Part shown: in pieces, positions 37,869 to 49,593 of the stretch
Numbering within the stretch: the first letter of the stretch is position 1
Layout: every line of letters starts with the position of its first letter
Notes under the pieces: generated by a model
Seen by the model: only the letters and a program-made list of their open reading frames with translations
What the model was told of the DNA's origin: nothing
The model's database searches: none
Assembly (NCBI GenBank): GCA_965237405.1
Contig: OZ250139.1
Coordinates: forward strand, 2,565,661 to 2,629,660
Length of the DNA stretch: 64,000 nt
Direction of reading: 5' to 3'
DNA from: Vicinamibacterales bacterium
GTDB taxonomy: Bacteria; Acidobacteriota; Vicinamibacteria; Vicinamibacterales; UBA8438
Position numbers and translations under genes: made by a program

Positions 37869-38548
37869 GATCGGACACCGGCTGCTCCAGCGATGGCGTC
37901 GTTGACGGCAAACGCCACATCGTCGATTGGTCGAGATCCATCGACACTCATGAAATTTTGCCGCGGCTTGTAGAACTCCAGTACCGGTATTGTGTCACGA
38001 TGATAGACGTGAAGACGCCTCCGCACGATGTCATCGCAATCGTCGCTCCGCTTACGAAGGTCACCGCCGCAGATTGAGCACGTCAGGTGAGCCTCGTCAT
38101 CACGTCTGCCGCCAACGATGACACCGCATGCTCCACACACGCGACGACGGGAGATCCGCGCAACCAGTTCATCGTCTGGCACCACGAGCTCGACAATCGT
38201 GAGCACACTTTGACCCACAAGCATCGCGTCGAGCGCGGATGCCTGCAGAACCGTTCGCGGAAACCCATCGAGAATGAACCCACGCGCCGCGTCAGATTGC
38301 ACCAACCGCTTACGCACGATGTCATTTACGATCTTGTCGCTCACCAACTTTCCCGAATCCATAACCACCCTTACCTCTTCGCCCAAGCTGCTCTCACTCA
38401 AAACCACATCGCGCAGAATGTCCCCGGTTGAAATATGAGAAATCTCTCGCCGCTCGGCGATAAGACTAGCCTGCGTGCCTTTCCCGGAACCTGGCGGACC
38501 AAAGATTACGAGATTTAATCCCACGAGCACCCCGGTCTCCATTTCCAT
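37865..38548 (-). CDS. adk: Adenylate kinase (four-Cys lid)
   Basis: GPPGSGKGTQ P-loop and lid CGACG...CSICGG. The true start may be a few codons downstream of 38548. Confidence 0.93.
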   Translation of the reverse strand: MEMETGVLVGLNLVIFGPPGSGKGTQASLIAERREISHISTGDILRDVVLSESSLGEEVRVVMDSGKLVSDKIVNDIVRKRLVQSDAARGFILDGFPRTVLQASALDAMLVGQSVLTIVELVVPDDELVARISRRRVCGACGVIVGGRRDDEAHLTCSICGGDLRKRSDDCDDIVRRRLHVYHRDTIPVLEFYKPRQNFMSVDGSRPIDDVAFAVNDAIAGAAGVRS

Positions 38549-38560
38549 CGCCGTGAACTC

Positions 38561-39949
38561 TCAGGCACGACGTCCCTTAATTCTTGTCTTCTTCATGAAC
38601 CCGTCGTAGTGCCGCATGATCAACTGCGACTCGACCTGCTGAACCGTGTCCATGGACACCCCAACGATAATCAACAGCGACGTTCCGCCAAAGTAGAACG
38701 TTACGCCCAGACCATCGGTAATGAAGCCAGGCAACAGCATGTCGAGCTGGTCACCGAAGAAAGGCACGGCGTCCGCACGAAAGCCTACAATCATCAAGTC
38801 TGGTAAAACCGCAACCAGTGCCAAATAGATCGAGCCAACGAGCGTAATACGAGTCAGGATTGTGTCGATATGCTCCGCCGTCCGTTTTCCCGGACGAATA
38901 CCTGGAACGAAACCTCCATATTTCCGCATGTTCTCGGCCACGTCATCCGGGTTGAAAATGATCGCCGTGTAGAAGTACGCGAAGAAAATAATGCCCGCCA
39001 TGTACAAGAGGTAGTACAAGGGCATGCCGTTTCTCATGTGATCGGTGACGGCCTGGGCCCATCCCCCCGATGGCAGCGCGGCTGCGATGGTCGCAGGAAA
39101 CGCAATGATCGACGATGCGAAGATCACCGGAATCACGCCACCGGTATTCACCTTCAGAGGTATGTGGGTGCTCGTGCCCCCATACATGCGTCGGCCTACC
39201 ACGCGTTTCGCGTACTGCACGGTCACCCGTCGCTGCCCTCGTTCGATGTAGACGACGGCGCCAATCACGACGATCATCAACACCAACAAGAGCAGTAAAC
39301 GAATCAATCCGATCTGCCCCGATCGAAGCTGTTCAACGGTGCCGAGAACTGCCGCCGGTAGATTGACCACGATACCGGCAAAGATAATCAGCGACATACC
39401 ATTACCGATCCCGCGCTCGGTAATCTGCTCACCGAGCCACATGATGAACCCGGTTCCCGTCGTGAGGGTCAGGATCGTCATCAGCCTGAAGCTCCAGCCG
39501 GGGTTGTATACGAGGTTGAGCCCGCCCACGACGCCCGTCTGTCGCTCAAGAAACAAGGCAATTGCCGAGGCTTGCACAACACAGAGCAGGATTGTTCCGT
39601 AGCGCGTGTACTGCGTGATCTTCCGACGACCGAGTTCACCCTCCTTAGAGAGGCGCTCCAAATAGGGCCACACAACGGTTAACAGCTGCAGGATGATCGA
39701 CGCGCTGATGTACGGCATGATGCCCAGAGCGAAGATCGTGACCTGGGACAGGTTGCCACCCGAGAACATGTCGTATAACCCGAACATCGTCCCGGCCGCC
39801 TGTTCGGCCAACAGCGCGAGTGCCTCGGTATTCACACCTGGCGTCGGAATGTGACTTCCAACCCGATACACCGCCAGAATCGTGAGCGTGAAGAGTACTC
39901 GGTTCCGCAGATCAGGAATCGCGACGATGTTCCGCAGGCTGTCGATCAT
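38561..39949 (-). CDS. secY: Preprotein translocase subunit SecY
   Basis: 462 aa, 10 TM segments, [16 protein letters not shown] motif. Confidence 0.96.
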   Translation of the reverse strand: MIDSLRNIVAIPDLRNRVLFTLTILAVYRVGSHIPTPGVNTEALALLAEQAAGTMFGLYDMFSGGNLSQVTIFALGIMPYISASIILQLLTVVWPYLERLSKEGELGRRKITQYTRYGTILLCVVQASAIALFLERQTGVVGGLNLVYNPGWSFRLMTILTLTTGTGFIMWLGEQITERGIGNGMSLIIFAGIVVNLPAAVLGTVEQLRSGQIGLIRLLLLLVLMIVVIGAVVYIERGQRRVTVQYAKRVVGRRMYGGTSTHIPLKVNTGGVIPVIFASSIIAFPATIAAALPSGGWAQAVTDHMRNGMPLYYLLYMAGIIFFAYFYTAIIFNPDDVAENMRKYGGFVPGIRPGKRTAEHIDTILTRITLVGSIYLALVAVLPDLMIVGFRADAVPFFGDQLDMLLPGFITDGLGVTFYFGGTSLLIIVGVSMDTVQQVESQLIMRHYDGFMKKTRIKGRRA

Positions 39950-40419
39950 TCAGCCGATTCCTTCGCGGGGTTCGGAACAACCACGTCGACCTGACCGCCT
40001 GCTGCCGTTATGGCCTCACGTGCCTTCGCGCTGAACTTGTGAGCGCGGACGGTCAACTTTTTCGACAGCTCCCCTCGTGCGAGTACCTTCACGAGCGCGC
40101 GGACGTCCCGAACGATACGTCGTTCACGCAACAGCTCCGGTGTTACCTCGGTGTCTTCTTCGAAGCGGGCGGACAACGTATCGAGGTTGACGACGGCATA
40201 CTCGACCCGAAACGGGTTTCGGAAGCCTCGCTTAGGCACACGCCGATGCAGCGGCATCTGCCCGCCTTCGAATCCGCGCTTACTCGAGTAGCCCGACCTA
40301 GACTGTTGTCCTTTGTGGCCGCGCCCAGACGTCACACCGGTACCAGAGCCTTCGCCACGTCCAACTCGTTTCTTCCCGTGTTTTGTTCCCTTGGGCGGTC
40401 GCAGCGTACTCAGATCCAT
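39946..40419 (-). CDS. rplO: 50S ribosomal protein L15
   Basis: [26 protein letters not shown]. Confidence 0.95.
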   Translation of the reverse strand: MDLSTLRPPKGTKHGKKRVGRGEGSGTGVTSGRGHKGQQSRSGYSSKRGFEGGQMPLHRRVPKRGFRNPFRVEYAVVNLDTLSARFEEDTEVTPELLRERRIVRDVRALVKVLARGELSKKLTVRAHKFSAKAREAITAAGGQVDVVVPNPAKESAE

Positions 40420-40423
40420 TGAT

Positions 40424-40636
40424 TCACCCGACCTTCGTCACTTGCACAAGGTGCCGAACCTTATGGATCATGCCCCGCACACTCGGATTGTCCACGACGT
40501 CGACCGCGTGCCCGATCCGGCGCAGACCTAGCCCCTTGACCACCAAGGCCTGTCGCCGGTCGAAGCCGATTGGGCTACGAACCAGGGTTACGGTGATCCT
40601 CGGGGCACTCTCGTTACGCTGTCCTCGTCTTGTCAT
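40424..40636 (-). CDS. rpmD: 50S ribosomal protein L30
   Basis: [29 protein letters not shown]. Confidence 0.92.
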   Translation of the reverse strand: MTRRGQRNESAPRITVTLVRSPIGFDRRQALVVKGLGLRRIGHAVDVVDNPSVRGMIHKVRHLVQVTKVG

Positions 40637-40672
40637 GACTCAAATGGGCTCGTATGGCGAACCAGGTTGGCT

Positions 40673-41215
40673 TCACTTATTAACCGTCGCTGAAACGGGT
40701 GTCGAAAAATCGAGCGACGCGAGATCGACGTTGCGCAATCGCGCTACCTCAACGGGGTTTTTGAGTGCCGCCAAACCCGCAAACGTAGCACGCACCACGT
40801 TTTGCGGATTGTCGGATCCAATTGACTTCGTCAAGATGTGGTGGATGCCAGCGGCTGCAACGACCGCCCGCACGGCACCACCGGCGATAATGCCCGTTCC
40901 CTCCGGTGCCGGTTTGAGTAGGACGCGTCCAGCGCCAAAACGACCAACGATGGTGTGAGGTATTGTGGTCGCCTGCAGCGGAACTCGAATCAACGCCTTT
41001 TTCGCAGCTTCGATACCCTTCTTGATGGCCGACGGGACTTCCTTCGCTTTACCGACAGCGTAGCCGACATGCCCCAGGCCGTCCCCCACGACAACCAGCG
41101 CGCTGAAGCTGAGGTTCTTCCCTCCCTTGACGACCTTCGTTACGCGGTTAATAGAGACCACTGTGTCCTTCAGATCGAGTCTCGTCGGATCAATCTTTGC
41201 TCGGTAGTCACTCAT
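40673..41215 (-). CDS. rpsE: 30S ribosomal protein S5
   Basis: [28 protein letters not shown]...GTGIIAGG. Confidence 0.95.
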   Translation of the reverse strand: MSDYRAKIDPTRLDLKDTVVSINRVTKVVKGGKNLSFSALVVVGDGLGHVGYAVGKAKEVPSAIKKGIEAAKKALIRVPLQATTIPHTIVGRFGAGRVLLKPAPEGTGIIAGGAVRAVVAAAGIHHILTKSIGSDNPQNVVRATFAGLAALKNPVEVARLRNVDLASLDFSTPVSATVNK

Positions 41216-41218
41216 GCA

Positions 41219-41593
41219 CTAAAACTCCAGACCAGCCTTTCGGGCCGCTTCGGCCACGTTCCGTATACGTCCGTGATAGAGAAACCCTCCGCGGTCAAAC
41301 ACAACCTGCGTGATGCCATGCCTGAGGAGGCGCTCCGCCACCACCTTACCGATCACCATCGCACCGGCCTTGTTTCCGCCCCTAGCACCGTTCTGAAACA
41401 TCGCCTTGACCGATGGCTCAGTGCTTGACGCTGATGCCAACGTGCACCCAACCTTATCGTCGATCACCTGAGCAGAGATGTGCGCGGTGCTACGCGACAC
41501 AGCAAGCCGAGGTCGTTCGGGGGTTCCATAAATCCGCTGCCGCTGCCGAAGCCGGATTCGGGTACGACGATCCTTCTTCGTCTTGACCTTCAT
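41219..41593 (-). CDS. rplR: 50S ribosomal protein L18
   Basis: [20 protein letters not shown]...[26 protein letters not shown]. Confidence 0.95.
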   Translation of the reverse strand: MKVKTKKDRRTRIRLRQRQRIYGTPERPRLAVSRSTAHISAQVIDDKVGCTLASASSTEPSVKAMFQNGARGGNKAGAMVIGKVVAERLLRHGITQVVFDRGGFLYHGRIRNVAEAARKAGLEF

Positions 41594-41596
41594 CCT

Positions 41597-42136
41597 TTAG
41601 GCTCCTGTTTTTCCCACCTTCCTCTTTAATTTCTCGCCCGTATAGCGCACGCCTTTCTGCTTATACGGATCGGGCTTCCGAAGGGACCGAATGTCCGCCG
41701 CCACCTGTCCGACCTTTTGCCGGTCGATCCCGCTGACGGTGATATGCGTCTGTTTCTCGACTGCGATATCGATACCATCCGGAACAGGGAAAACCACGGG
41801 GTGGGAGTACCCCAGTGCAAAAACCACTTGTTTTTCAGATACTTCCGCCCGGTAGCCGATTCCGACGATATCGAGTTCCTTCTTGAAACCCTCACATACA
41901 CCGTGCACCGCATTTGCAACCAGGCTGCGCGCCAATCCATGAAACTTACCCAGTGAACGATCTTTTTCCCGTTCCGGGTGGGCCACAAGAACGTCGTCGT
42001 TTAGCTCGAAACGAATGCCAGGCGGTAGAGGCTGTCGCAACGAACCTTTGGGGCCCTTGACATCAACCGCCTCGTCACCCACCGTGACCGTCACACCGCT
42101 CGGAATCGGAATTGGCTTCTTGCCTACTCGAGACAT
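41597..42136 (-). CDS. rplF: 50S ribosomal protein L6
   Basis: MSRVGKKPIPIPSGVTV...GIGYRA. Confidence 0.95.
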   Translation of the reverse strand: MSRVGKKPIPIPSGVTVTVGDEAVDVKGPKGSLRQPLPPGIRFELNDDVLVAHPEREKDRSLGKFHGLARSLVANAVHGVCEGFKKELDIVGIGYRAEVSEKQVVFALGYSHPVVFPVPDGIDIAVEKQTHITVSGIDRQKVGQVAADIRSLRKPDPYKQKGVRYTGEKLKRKVGKTGA

Positions 42137-42174
42137 CGGTTATCTACTCACTGTTCGTAACTTCGCCGACCGCG

Positions 42175-42585
42175 CTACCAGACATTGCACAACACCTCGC
42201 CACCGACCCCAGTTTCGGCTGCTTGACTACCTGTCATCACACCGCGCGACGTCGTTAAGATGCTCGTCCCGAGCCCTGCCAAGACCGGCGGAGTCTGATC
42301 CCGGCCAAAATAGACCCGTCGGCCTGGCCGACTCACTCGTTTCAGCCCGGACAACACGCGTTCGCCACGCGGCCCGTACTTCAGAAAGATCCGAATCATC
42401 TTGTTCGGATAGGACCGGTTCTGCACAGGCATCTCGACGAACTTGAACCCCTGAATGTAGCCTTCGCTCTGCAGAATCCGTGCAATCTCAACCTTGACTC
42501 TGGATTGGGGAATGTCGACACGCGGCCGTCGTCCCGAAGTTGCGTTGCGGATCCGGGTCAGCATGTCAGCAATCTGATCAGCCAT
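42175..42585 (-). CDS. rpsH: 30S ribosomal protein S8
   Basis: MADQIADMLTRIRNA...GGEVLCNVW. Confidence 0.95.
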   Translation of the reverse strand: MADQIADMLTRIRNATSGRRPRVDIPQSRVKVEIARILQSEGYIQGFKFVEMPVQNRSYPNKMIRIFLKYGPRGERVLSGLKRVSRPGRRVYFGRDQTPPVLAGLGTSILTTSRGVMTGSQAAETGVGGEVLCNVW

Positions 42586-42644
42586 AGTTCTCCGATCTCA
42601 CTTGTCACCAGTCGAACACCTCGCGCAGCCTGCAAGACAGACCG

Positions 42645-42830
42645 CTACCAACTACTCTTCGTGACACCAGCGATCTCACCCTCGAGAGCAAGCTTTCGGA
42701 AGCACAACCGGCACAACGCAAACTTCCGAAGGTATCCCCTCGGCCGGCCGCACAACCGGCATCTGTTTCGTAAACGAACCCTGAACTTTGGTGGCTTCAG
42801 GTCCTTGACTTTTTTTGCTGTCGTCGACAT
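42645..42830 (-). CDS. rpsN: 30S ribosomal protein S14, short Zn-ribbon (type Z) form
   Basis: [61 protein letters not shown] (61 aa). The ORF-track upstream extension is rejected. Confidence 0.93.
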   Translation of the reverse strand: MSTTAKKVKDLKPPKFRVRLRNRCRLCGRPRGYLRKFALCRLCFRKLALEGEIAGVTKSSW

Positions 42831-42902
42831 ATCGTTAATCCCGGACTGTCCTGGCAACAAACCGCAGTGTGTTAGTGTCCCGTGCACTACGTGCGTGGCA
42901 CA

Positions 42903-43445
42903 CTAATTAGCCCTAAACGGCATTCCCATTAACTGCAGTAACTTCTGCCCTTCTTGATCGGTTCGTGCCGTGGTGACCACGGAGATGTTCATGCCACGAG
43001 CTTGATCGACCTTCATGTAGTCGATCTCCAAAAAAATCAGCTGGTCTCTCAGCCCCATCGTGTAGTTGCCGCGGCCATCGAACCCGCGCGATGAAATTCC
43101 TCGAAAATCGCGTACCCGAGGTAAGGCGATGGCAATCAACCGATCGAGAAACTCGTACATACGATCGCCACGCAGCGTAACCATCGTACCGATCGCAACG
43201 CCGGCACGTAGCTTGAACTGTGCAATCGACTTTCGGGCTCGAGTCGTCACTGGCTTCTGACCCGCAATCCGAGTCAGTTCGTCGGTTCCGACCTCGATCA
43301 GCTTCGGGTTCTGAGTGGCCTGGCCAAGGCCCATGTTCACCACGACGCGGTCAATCTTGGGTACCGCCATGACGTTCGAGTACCCAAATTCCTTACGCAA
43401 CGCGGGAATGACATCATCGCGGTAGCGATCGTGAAGCCGGCTCAT
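42903..43445 (-). CDS. rplE: 50S ribosomal protein L5
   Basis: [39 protein letters not shown]. Confidence 0.95.
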   Translation of the reverse strand: MSRLHDRYRDDVIPALRKEFGYSNVMAVPKIDRVVVNMGLGQATQNPKLIEVGTDELTRIAGQKPVTTRARKSIAQFKLRAGVAIGTMVTLRGDRMYEFLDRLIAIALPRVRDFRGISSRGFDGRGNYTMGLRDQLIFLEIDYMKVDQARGMNISVVTTARTDQEGQKLLQLMGMPFRAN

Positions 43446-43774
43446 TTATCCACCGCCCCGTCACACTTTCGGCACACTCGCACTTTACGACCATCGCCTA
43501 ACAGCTGATGCCCGATCCGCGTGGGCGCACCACATTCCGGACACACAATCTGCACGTTCGACGCGTGCAACGACGCTTCGCGTTCGACTATCCCGCCCTT
43601 GACGTTTCGCTGCGGATTCGGGCGTGTGTGACGCTTGATAAAATTGACGCCTTCAACGATCACTCGATTCCGGTCTGGTAGCACCCGCAAGATTCGGCCG
43701 CGCTTACCGCGATCCTTGCCGCCAACCACGATAACGGTATCGTTCTTACGAACGGGGGTCTGGAGTCTGGACAT
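43442..43774 (-). CDS. rplX: 50S ribosomal protein L24 (with a CxxC...CxxC C-terminal part)
   Basis: [23 protein letters not shown] motif. The C-terminus has CPECG...CRKC. Confidence 0.94.
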   Translation of the reverse strand: MSRLQTPVRKNDTVIVVGGKDRGKRGRILRVLPDRNRVIVEGVNFIKRHTRPNPQRNVKGGIVEREASLHASNVQIVCPECGAPTRIGHQLLGDGRKVRVCRKCDGAVDK

Positions 43775-43783
43775 TTCTAGAAT

Positions 43784-43809
43784 GTAGAAGTGAGGAACTT
43801 CTACCTCCT
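43784..43809 (-). promoter_or_regulatory. Hairpin inserted between a strong SD and the rplX start codon
   Basis: On the mRNA: AGGAG-GUAGAAGU-uccuc-ACUUCUAC-auucuagaa-AUG. This is a perfect 8-bp stem, and there is no SD closer to the AUG. Confidence 0.35.
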
Positions 43810-43832
43810 GTCTCCTTCTGTGCTCATCACCC

Positions 43833-44201
43833 TTACAGAACTTCCGGCGCCAGTGAGACGATCTTCATAAACTTTCGCTCGCGGAGCTCTCGCGCGACCG
43901 GACCAAACACACGCGTACCGACCGGTTCGTTTTGCTCATCGACAATCACGGCCGCGTTTCGATCGAACCGCACGTAGCTACCATCACGACGCCGGTGTTC
44001 CTTTTTCGTTCGGACGATCACCGCGCGAACAACTTGTCCCTTCTTAACTTGGGACGCCGGAACCGCTTCCTTGACTGACGCCGTGACGAGATCGCCAAGC
44101 CGAGCGTAACGGCCTGTCGACCCGCCAAGCGGGTTAATAACCCTAATCTTGCGCGCCCCGGAATTGTCGGCGACGTCCAAGACGGTCTGCATCTGGATCA
44201 T
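43833..44201 (-). CDS. rplN: 50S ribosomal protein L14
   Basis: [22 protein letters not shown] (122 aa). The ORF-track upstream extension is rejected. Confidence 0.96.
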   Translation of the reverse strand: MIQMQTVLDVADNSGARKIRVINPLGGSTGRYARLGDLVTASVKEAVPASQVKKGQVVRAVIVRTKKEHRRRDGSYVRFDRNAAVIVDEQNEPVGTRVFGPVARELRERKFMKIVSLAPEVL

Positions 44202-44217
44202 GATTGGCCAGCCAGTC

Positions 44218-44472
44218 TCATACGACTTCGGCCCGTTCGACGATGCGGGTAACCACGAACCGCTTCCGACGACTGAGTGGTCGCGACTCCACCACGGCCA
44301 CTCGGTCACCGACCTTGGCGCTGTTCGATTCGTCGTGTGCTATGAACGTCCTGGTCCGGCGCTGAATCTTTCCGTAGGATACATTTCGTACACGCCGCTC
44401 CACGGCCACAGTTACACCCTTGTCGAGCTTGTCTCGCACCACAACGGCGATGATCTCTCGCTTACTGGCCAT
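44218..44472 (-). CDS. rpsQ: 30S ribosomal protein S17
   Basis: [38 protein letters not shown]. Confidence 0.94.
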   Translation of the reverse strand: MASKREIIAVVVRDKLDKGVTVAVERRVRNVSYGKIQRRTRTFIAHDESNSAKVGDRVAVVESRPLSRRKRFVVTRIVERAEVV

Positions 44473-44681
44473 TACTCGTCCCTCTCCACCGCCAGCTCAC
44501 GCTCCCGCAACAGCGTCTTGACCTGCGCTCGCTCACGACGAAGCTGCCGCATCTTGTGAGGGGTCTCGCCATTCCCAATCCCATGATTTAAACGCACTCG
44601 AAAGACCTCTTCGTTCAACTCGCTCACTCGCGCCGCCAGATCCTCCGCACTCAGTTCTCGAAGTTCGGCAAGGCTGCTCAT
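44472..44681 (-). CDS. rpmC: 50S ribosomal protein L29
   Basis: 69 aa, [26 protein letters not shown]. Confidence 0.92.
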   Translation of the reverse strand: MSSLAELRELSAEDLAARVSELNEEVFRVRLNHGIGNGETPHKMRQLRRERAQVKTLLRERELAVERDE

Positions 44682-45103
44682 TTCGCCCGTTCCTCACCGA
44701 ACCTTGTCGTGAACTTCGTATGAATGGAAAGCTTCGCGCCCGCAAGCTGCATCGCACGCTTGGCGTCCGCCGCGCTTACACCCTCCATTTCGAACAGGAT
44801 GCGCCCGGGACGGACGACGGCTACCCACTGCTCCGGGTTACCCTTTCCCTTGCCCATCCGGGTTTCTTGCGGTTTCTTACTGATCGGCTTATCGGGGAAC
44901 ACACGCACCCATATTTTTCCGCCGCGCTTAATGAAACGAGTCATGGCGACGCGAGCAGCCTCGATCTGACGATCGGTCAACCAACAGGGCTCAAGGGCCT
45001 TCATGCCATAGTCCCCAAACGACACCGTCGACCCACGCCAAGCCTTCCCGGTCATCCGACCACGGTGCTGTTTCCGGAACTTGATCTTCTTCGGCATCAA
45101 CAT
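44678..45103 (-). CDS. rplP: 50S ribosomal protein L16
   Basis: [22 protein letters not shown] prefer ATG 45103, which has AAGGTG upstream. Confidence 0.95.
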   Translation of the reverse strand: MLMPKKIKFRKQHRGRMTGKAWRGSTVSFGDYGMKALEPCWLTDRQIEAARVAMTRFIKRGGKIWVRVFPDKPISKKPQETRMGKGKGNPEQWVAVVRPGRILFEMEGVSAADAKRAMQLAGAKLSIHTKFTTRFGEERAK

Positions 45104-45118
45104 ACCGAACACCTTTCG

Positions 45119-45799
45119 TCAGATCCGCCCTCGCCGCGGCGGCGTGCGATAGTCTTCCTCTGGCCCCGTCTGCGGTTTGATTCGTTCACCCTTGTACAGC
45201 CAGACCTTCACCCCGATGACGCCGTAGGTCGTCCGAGCTTCGGCAAACCCATAGTCGATATCTGCACGCAGCGTTTGCAGCGGGAGCTGGCCGTGCAAAT
45301 ACCACTCGGAGCGGGCGATTTCAGCCCCGTTGAGACGACCAGCCACACGAACCTTAATTCCTTTCGCGCCGAATCGCAGCGCAGATTCGACCGCCTTTCG
45401 CATTGCGCGACGAAATGCAACGCGCTTCTCAAGCTGGACCGCGACCGATTCACTAATCAGCTGAGCCTCAAGCTCCGGCTTTTGAATCTCCTGGATGTTA
45501 ATGAAGACGATCTTATTCGTACGCTTCTGGATCTCGGCTTTAAGCTTGTCGACTTCCGTGCCCTTCCGACCAATAATGATCCCTGGCCGAGAGGTATGAA
45601 TGTCCAGCTTGAGATTATTGGCAGCCCGCTCGATCTCGATCTTCGAAACACCCGCGTGCGAGAAGCGCTTCTTGAGATCAGTCTTGAGCGCAAGATCCTC
45701 ATGTAGCAGCTTGGCGTAGTCCCGGTCCGCATACCAGCGTGACCGCCATGTCTTATTGAACCCGAGTCTGAACCCGTACGGGTTAACCTTCTGTCCCAT
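45119..45799 (-). CDS. rpsC: 30S ribosomal protein S3
   Basis: [24 protein letters not shown], with a KH domain. Confidence 0.96.
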   Translation of the reverse strand: MGQKVNPYGFRLGFNKTWRSRWYADRDYAKLLHEDLALKTDLKKRFSHAGVSKIEIERAANNLKLDIHTSRPGIIIGRKGTEVDKLKAEIQKRTNKIVFINIQEIQKPELEAQLISESVAVQLEKRVAFRRAMRKAVESALRFGAKGIKVRVAGRLNGAEIARSEWYLHGQLPLQTLRADIDYGFAEARTTYGVIGVKVWLYKGERIKPQTGPEEDYRTPPRRGRI

Positions 45800-45860
45800 C
45801 CGTTATCTCACCTAGTCGTCGTTCTCCGCCTTCTTGGCGGCCTTTACCCTCTTTGTAACC

Positions 45861-46376
45861 TTACTTCGTAGTTTTCTTCGCGACCTTCTTAGTAACAGGC
45901 TTCCCGTTCCGGACTGCGCGTGCCGCTGTCGCTTTCAAGTGCTTTGTCTTCACCGTTTTACGCTTGGGTCGCGTTGCTCCCGATCCCTCAGACGGCTGAG
46001 CCGACGGCGTCACGGCAATGGGTGCAATCGGCTCCTCGCGTTCGTGAACGACGACCGTGAGGTGTGATGTCCTCTTGATGATGCGAAACGCTCGACCCAT
46101 CGCTGCAGCGCGAACTCGCTTCACCGACGGTCCCTGGTTCGCATGGCAGCTACGCACGTAGAACCGATCGACATCCTCAGAAACACCCTCCGCCTGCTGA
46201 GCGTTGGCAACCGCAGAACGCAGCACCTTCGAAATGTCTCGAGCCACGCTCTTCGGCGAGTACCGCAATATCGCCAGTGCCGTGTTGACGTCCCGACCCC
46301 GGATGCAATCGATAACCAGCTTTGCCTTCTGAGCCGAGCCTCGAACGTAGCGCGCGGTCGCGCGACCTTCGATCAC
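45861..46376 (-). CDS. rplV: 50S ribosomal protein L22 (with a Lys-rich C-terminal extension)
   Basis: [30 protein letters not shown]. 171 aa. Confidence 0.93.
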   Translation of the reverse strand: MIEGRATARYVRGSAQKAKLVIDCIRGRDVNTALAILRYSPKSVARDISKVLRSAVANAQQAEGVSEDVDRFYVRSCHANQGPSVKRVRAAAMGRAFRIIKRTSHLTVVVHEREEPIAPIAVTPSAQPSEGSGATRPKRKTVKTKHLKATAARAVRNGKPVTKKVAKKTTK

Positions 46377-46675
46377 CGAAAACCTCCAGGCCTGGTCATC
46401 GAGGCGATCTTGTCACCCTTTCCGGTGTGTCCTCTGAACAGTCGTGTCGGCGCGAACTCGCCAAATTTATGCCCGACCATGTTCTCCGTTACGTAGATCG
46501 GGATGAACTTCTTACCGTTGTGCACAGCAACGGTATGCCCGATCATTTCTGGCACCACCGTCGACCGGCGAGACCAGGTCTTGATCACTTTCTTCTCACC
46601 GTTCCGGTTCATGACTTCGATCTTCTCAAGAAGTGGGAGATCAACGAACGGGCCTTTTCTTAACGATCGACTCAT
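46373..46675 (-). CDS. rpsS: 30S ribosomal protein S19
   Basis: [19 protein letters not shown]...[12 protein letters not shown]. Confidence 0.96.
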   Translation of the reverse strand: MSRSLRKGPFVDLPLLEKIEVMNRNGEKKVIKTWSRRSTVVPEMIGHTVAVHNGKKFIPIYVTENMVGHKFGEFAPTRLFRGHTGKGDKIASMTRPGGFR

Positions 46676-46698
46676 CGAGTTAGTTCCTTACCGGACTC

Positions 46699-47535
46699 TT
46701 ACTTCTTGCCTCGCTTACGCTTGCGCTGGAGGATAAAACGGTCGGACGGTTTCTTCGGACGTGTCTTGTAGCCCTTGGCTGGCATACCCCACGGCGAGAC
46801 CGGGTGCCGCCCACCTGCGGAATGACCTTCTCCGCCACCCAAGGGGTGGTCCACTGGATTCATCGCCACGCCCCGGACATGCGGCCGGTGACCAAGCCAT
46901 CGATTCCGACCAGCCTTTCCAATCGAGACGTTCGCATGATCGGCGTTGCCAACCTGCCCGATCGTCGCCAGGCACTCCGGAAACAGCAACCGCGTCTCGC
47001 CGGACGGAAGCTTGACCGTGACATACTTCCCTTCCTTGGCCACGACTTGAACCGAGGCGCCTGCTCCGCGAGCAAGCTGTCCACCCTTGCCCGGTCGCAA
47101 CTCAACGTTGTGCACCATCGTGCCAAGCGGAATACTCTTTAACGCCAACGCGTTGCCAGGTAGGATGTCGACGCCGTCGCCGGACACGATCGTATCGCCA
47201 ACGTTGAGGCCCAGCGGATGTAAAATGTAGCGCTTCTCCCCATCGGCGTAGTTCACCAACGCGATACGTGCCGAACGATTCGGATCGTACTCGACAGTTG
47301 CCACCTTCGCCGGAACACCATGCTTGTTCCGCTTAAAATCAATCACGCGATACGCGCGCTTGTGACCACCACCACGCCACCAAATGGTGATCTCGCCACG
47401 ATTGTTCCGCCCCCCCGACTTCTTGAGGGGCCGAGTCAACGGCCGGTATGGTCGATCGGTCGTGATGTCGTCGTTAACCTGCGACGTCTGAAACCGTCGT
47501 CCCGCCGACGTAGGTTTATGCTTTCGAATTGCCAC
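46699..47535 (-). CDS. rplB: 50S ribosomal protein L2
   Basis: [15 protein letters not shown]...[18 protein letters not shown]. Confidence 0.97.
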   Translation of the reverse strand: MAIRKHKPTSAGRRFQTSQVNDDITTDRPYRPLTRPLKKSGGRNNRGEITIWWRGGGHKRAYRVIDFKRNKHGVPAKVATVEYDPNRSARIALVNYADGEKRYILHPLGLNVGDTIVSGDGVDILPGNALALKSIPLGTMVHNVELRPGKGGQLARGAGASVQVVAKEGKYVTVKLPSGETRLLFPECLATIGQVGNADHANVSIGKAGRNRWLGHRPHVRGVAMNPVDHPLGGGEGHSAGGRHPVSPWGMPAKGYKTRPKKPSDRFILQRKRKRGKK

Positions 47536-47566
47536 TGTCTCGTCCTGCTCGATGCGCCATCAGTCC

Positions 47567-47857
47567 CTACGTGCCCTCAAGGATCTGCGGCACTTTCTCG
47601 CCTGGTTTAAGCCGAACGTACGCCTTCTTCCAATCCGGACGCTGTCCAGAGTACCGACCCTGACGTTTGATCTTTCCATGACTGATCGAGGTTCGAACAT
47701 TTACCACCTTGGTCTTCAGCAGCTGCTCGACGGCTCGCTTAATGTCCACTTTTGTTGCCGCTTTCGCCACTTCGAAAACCAGGATCTGCCTGTCTTCACG
47801 GAGAATCGATGATTTCTCTGTGATGATTGCCCGCCGTATGACGTCGGTCTGATTCAT
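47567..47857 (-). CDS. rplW: 50S ribosomal protein L23
   Basis: 96 aa, VIRRAIITEKSS...FEVAKAATKVDIKRAVE. Confidence 0.93.
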   Translation of the reverse strand: MNQTDVIRRAIITEKSSILREDRQILVFEVAKAATKVDIKRAVEQLLKTKVVNVRTSISHGKIKRQGRYSGQRPDWKKAYVRLKPGEKVPQILEGT

Positions 47858-48504
47858 GAACCCAGCACCTGCGCCAGGCGCTCGACCGCTCGCTTACTGA
47901 TCACGAGCCGTACGGACCCTATAACGTCACGTGCCGTCAGCCGACAGGAGTCGATAACACGAACTCGTGGCAAGTTCCGCATCGCCAGCTTCATATTCGT
48001 ATCCGGACCAACGTCGACAACGACCACGCCACCACTTATCCCAAGCTGCGCGAGACGATCGGCGGCGAGCCTCGTTCTTGGCTCGGGTAGCGTCAGCACC
48101 AACTCATCGTCCACAATGGTTACCGTGCCATCCTTCAACTTTTGCGACAACGCCGCACGCAGGGCCCCACGGGAAACCTTCTTCGGGATCTGATATCCAT
48201 GGCTGCGCGGCTGCGGCCCAAACACGATCCCACCGCCACGCCATAACGGAGTGCGGATTTCGCCGACTCGAGCTCGACCCGTCCCCTTTTGGCGCCACGG
48301 CTTGTGACCCGACCCTCTGACTCGACCACGCGTCTTCGTCGAGTGGGTCCCCTGCTGGTCCACGGCATTGCGATGGACCACGGACTCCCAAATTAGACCC
48401 GTGTTGATGGGTCCGCCGAACACGTCGTCGCTCAACTCAACCGAACCGACTTTCTCGTTCTGTTCGTTGACCACGTCGAGTGTCATCAATATACCCGCCA
48501 GCAC
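47854..48504 (-). CDS. rplD: 50S ribosomal protein L4
   Basis: [36 protein letters not shown]. The start is either GTG 48504 or ATG 48486. Confidence 0.94.
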   Translation of the reverse strand: MLAGILMTLDVVNEQNEKVGSVELSDDVFGGPINTGLIWESVVHRNAVDQQGTHSTKTRGRVRGSGHKPWRQKGTGRARVGEIRTPLWRGGGIVFGPQPRSHGYQIPKKVSRGALRAALSQKLKDGTVTIVDDELVLTLPEPRTRLAADRLAQLGISGGVVVVDVGPDTNMKLAMRNLPRVRVIDSCRLTARDVIGSVRLVISKRAVERLAQVLGS

Positions 48505-48536
48505 ATAGCCTTAACACAGCCGCGACAATAAGGTGC

Positions 48537-49232
48537 CTACTTCCCCTTCTTCTTCTTACCACCAACGTCGGCCGTAACCGTCGGCTGACGACGTGGTGCC
48601 ACCGATTTTCGAATGACGACGTATCCGCCTGGTGCACCGGGAACAGCTCCACCCACGACAAGCCGATGGTTGTCAGCGTCGACCTGAATCACCCGTAAAT
48701 TACGGACGGTCACGCGGTCTCCACCCATCCGTCCCGGCCCCCGCATGCCCCTCATCACGCGAGATGGGTACGACGACTGGCCAATCGATCCCGGTGCGCG
48801 ATGGAACATGGAACCGTGGGTTGCTCCGCCACCACGGAAACCATGTCGTTTGACCACGCCCTGAAACCCGCGTCCACGACTGATCCCGATGACGTCAACC
48901 TGGTCACCAGCCTCGAACAGCGATACGAGTACCTGCTCTCCCTCGTCGGAACCCTCTACGCCGTGGCCCGACCTCACCGGGATCTCGCGAAGCACACGCG
49001 TCGGCGGAACCTTTGCTCGCGAGAAGTGACCGGCTACTGCTCGGGTTACACGACGGGTAGGTTTATCCTCGACCAACCCTAACTGGACCGACTCGTAGCC
49101 ATCGCGGTCGACCGTCTTCCGCTGGACCACGACGCACGGTCCAGCCTTGAGAACGGTTGCGGGCAACGAAGCCCCATCACCGCTGAACAACTGCGTCATC
49201 CCTATCTTTTGTCCGATAATTCCTGTCACCAT
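48537..49232 (-). CDS. rplC: 50S ribosomal protein L3
   Basis: [13 protein letters not shown]...[16 protein letters not shown]. Confidence 0.96.
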   Translation of the reverse strand: MVTGIIGQKIGMTQLFSGDGASLPATVLKAGPCVVVQRKTVDRDGYESVQLGLVEDKPTRRVTRAVAGHFSRAKVPPTRVLREIPVRSGHGVEGSDEGEQVLVSLFEAGDQVDVIGISRGRGFQGVVKRHGFRGGGATHGSMFHRAPGSIGQSSYPSRVMRGMRGPGRMGGDRVTVRNLRVIQVDADNHRLVVGGAVPGAPGGYVVIRKSVAPRRQPTVTADVGGKKKKGK

Positions 49233-49260
49233 GGCCTATCCCAACCGTCTCACCAAGGAC

Positions 49261-49593
49261 CTAGCTGTGTTCTTTCCCGAAAGCCTTAATCTCAACGTCC
49301 ACGCCTGCCGGAAGGTCGAGCTTCATCAGCGCATCCACGGTCTGAGGCGTCGGCTCAAAGATGTCGATGAGACGCTTGTGCGTGCGGATCTCAAACTGCT
49401 CACGTGACTTCTTGTCGACGTGCGGCGACCGGAGTACCGTCCATTTGTTCTTATCTGTCGGCAACGGAATCGGTCCAGCGAGACGTGCACCCGTTCGCCG
49501 TGCCGTGTCGACAATCTCCGCCGTCGACTGGTCTAGTATGCGATGGTCGTAGGCCTTGAGCCGGATTCGGATCTTATCGCTGAACATAGCCAT
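49261..49593 (-). CDS. rpsJ: 30S ribosomal protein S10
   Basis: [17 protein letters not shown]...[25 protein letters not shown]. Its ATG directly follows the tuf stop codon. Confidence 0.96.
   Translation of the reverse strand: MAMFSDKIRIRLKAYDHRILDQSTAEIVDTARRTGARLAGPIPLPTDKNKWTVLRSPHVDKKSREQFEIRTHKRLIDIFEPTPQTVDALMKLDLPAGVDVEIKAFGKEHS

Noticed and set aside
43797-43809. A shared 12-mer (mRNA sense AGGAGGTAGAAG) occurs in both the rplN-rplX spacer and the rplJ-rplL spacer (63404-63415), hinting at a repeated regulatory motif.
   Set aside because: A single 12-nt match is expected by chance many times in a 64-kb window. Half of the motif is just a Shine-Dalgarno sequence. The two hairpins are reported separately instead.
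44720-45706. Very long ORFs antisense to conserved genes. Examples are 328 aa opposite rplP/rpsC here, 1363-2379 opposite infB, 16738-17616 opposite the OmpA-family gene, 27922-28743 opposite the adaptor gene, and 54582-55376 and 55801-56469 opposite rpoC.
   Set aside because: Each lies entirely opposite a strongly conserved gene. Their translations are Arg/Ser/Pro-rich and low in complexity, as expected for the antisense frame of GC-rich coding DNA. None has a recognisable motif or convincing ribosome-binding site.
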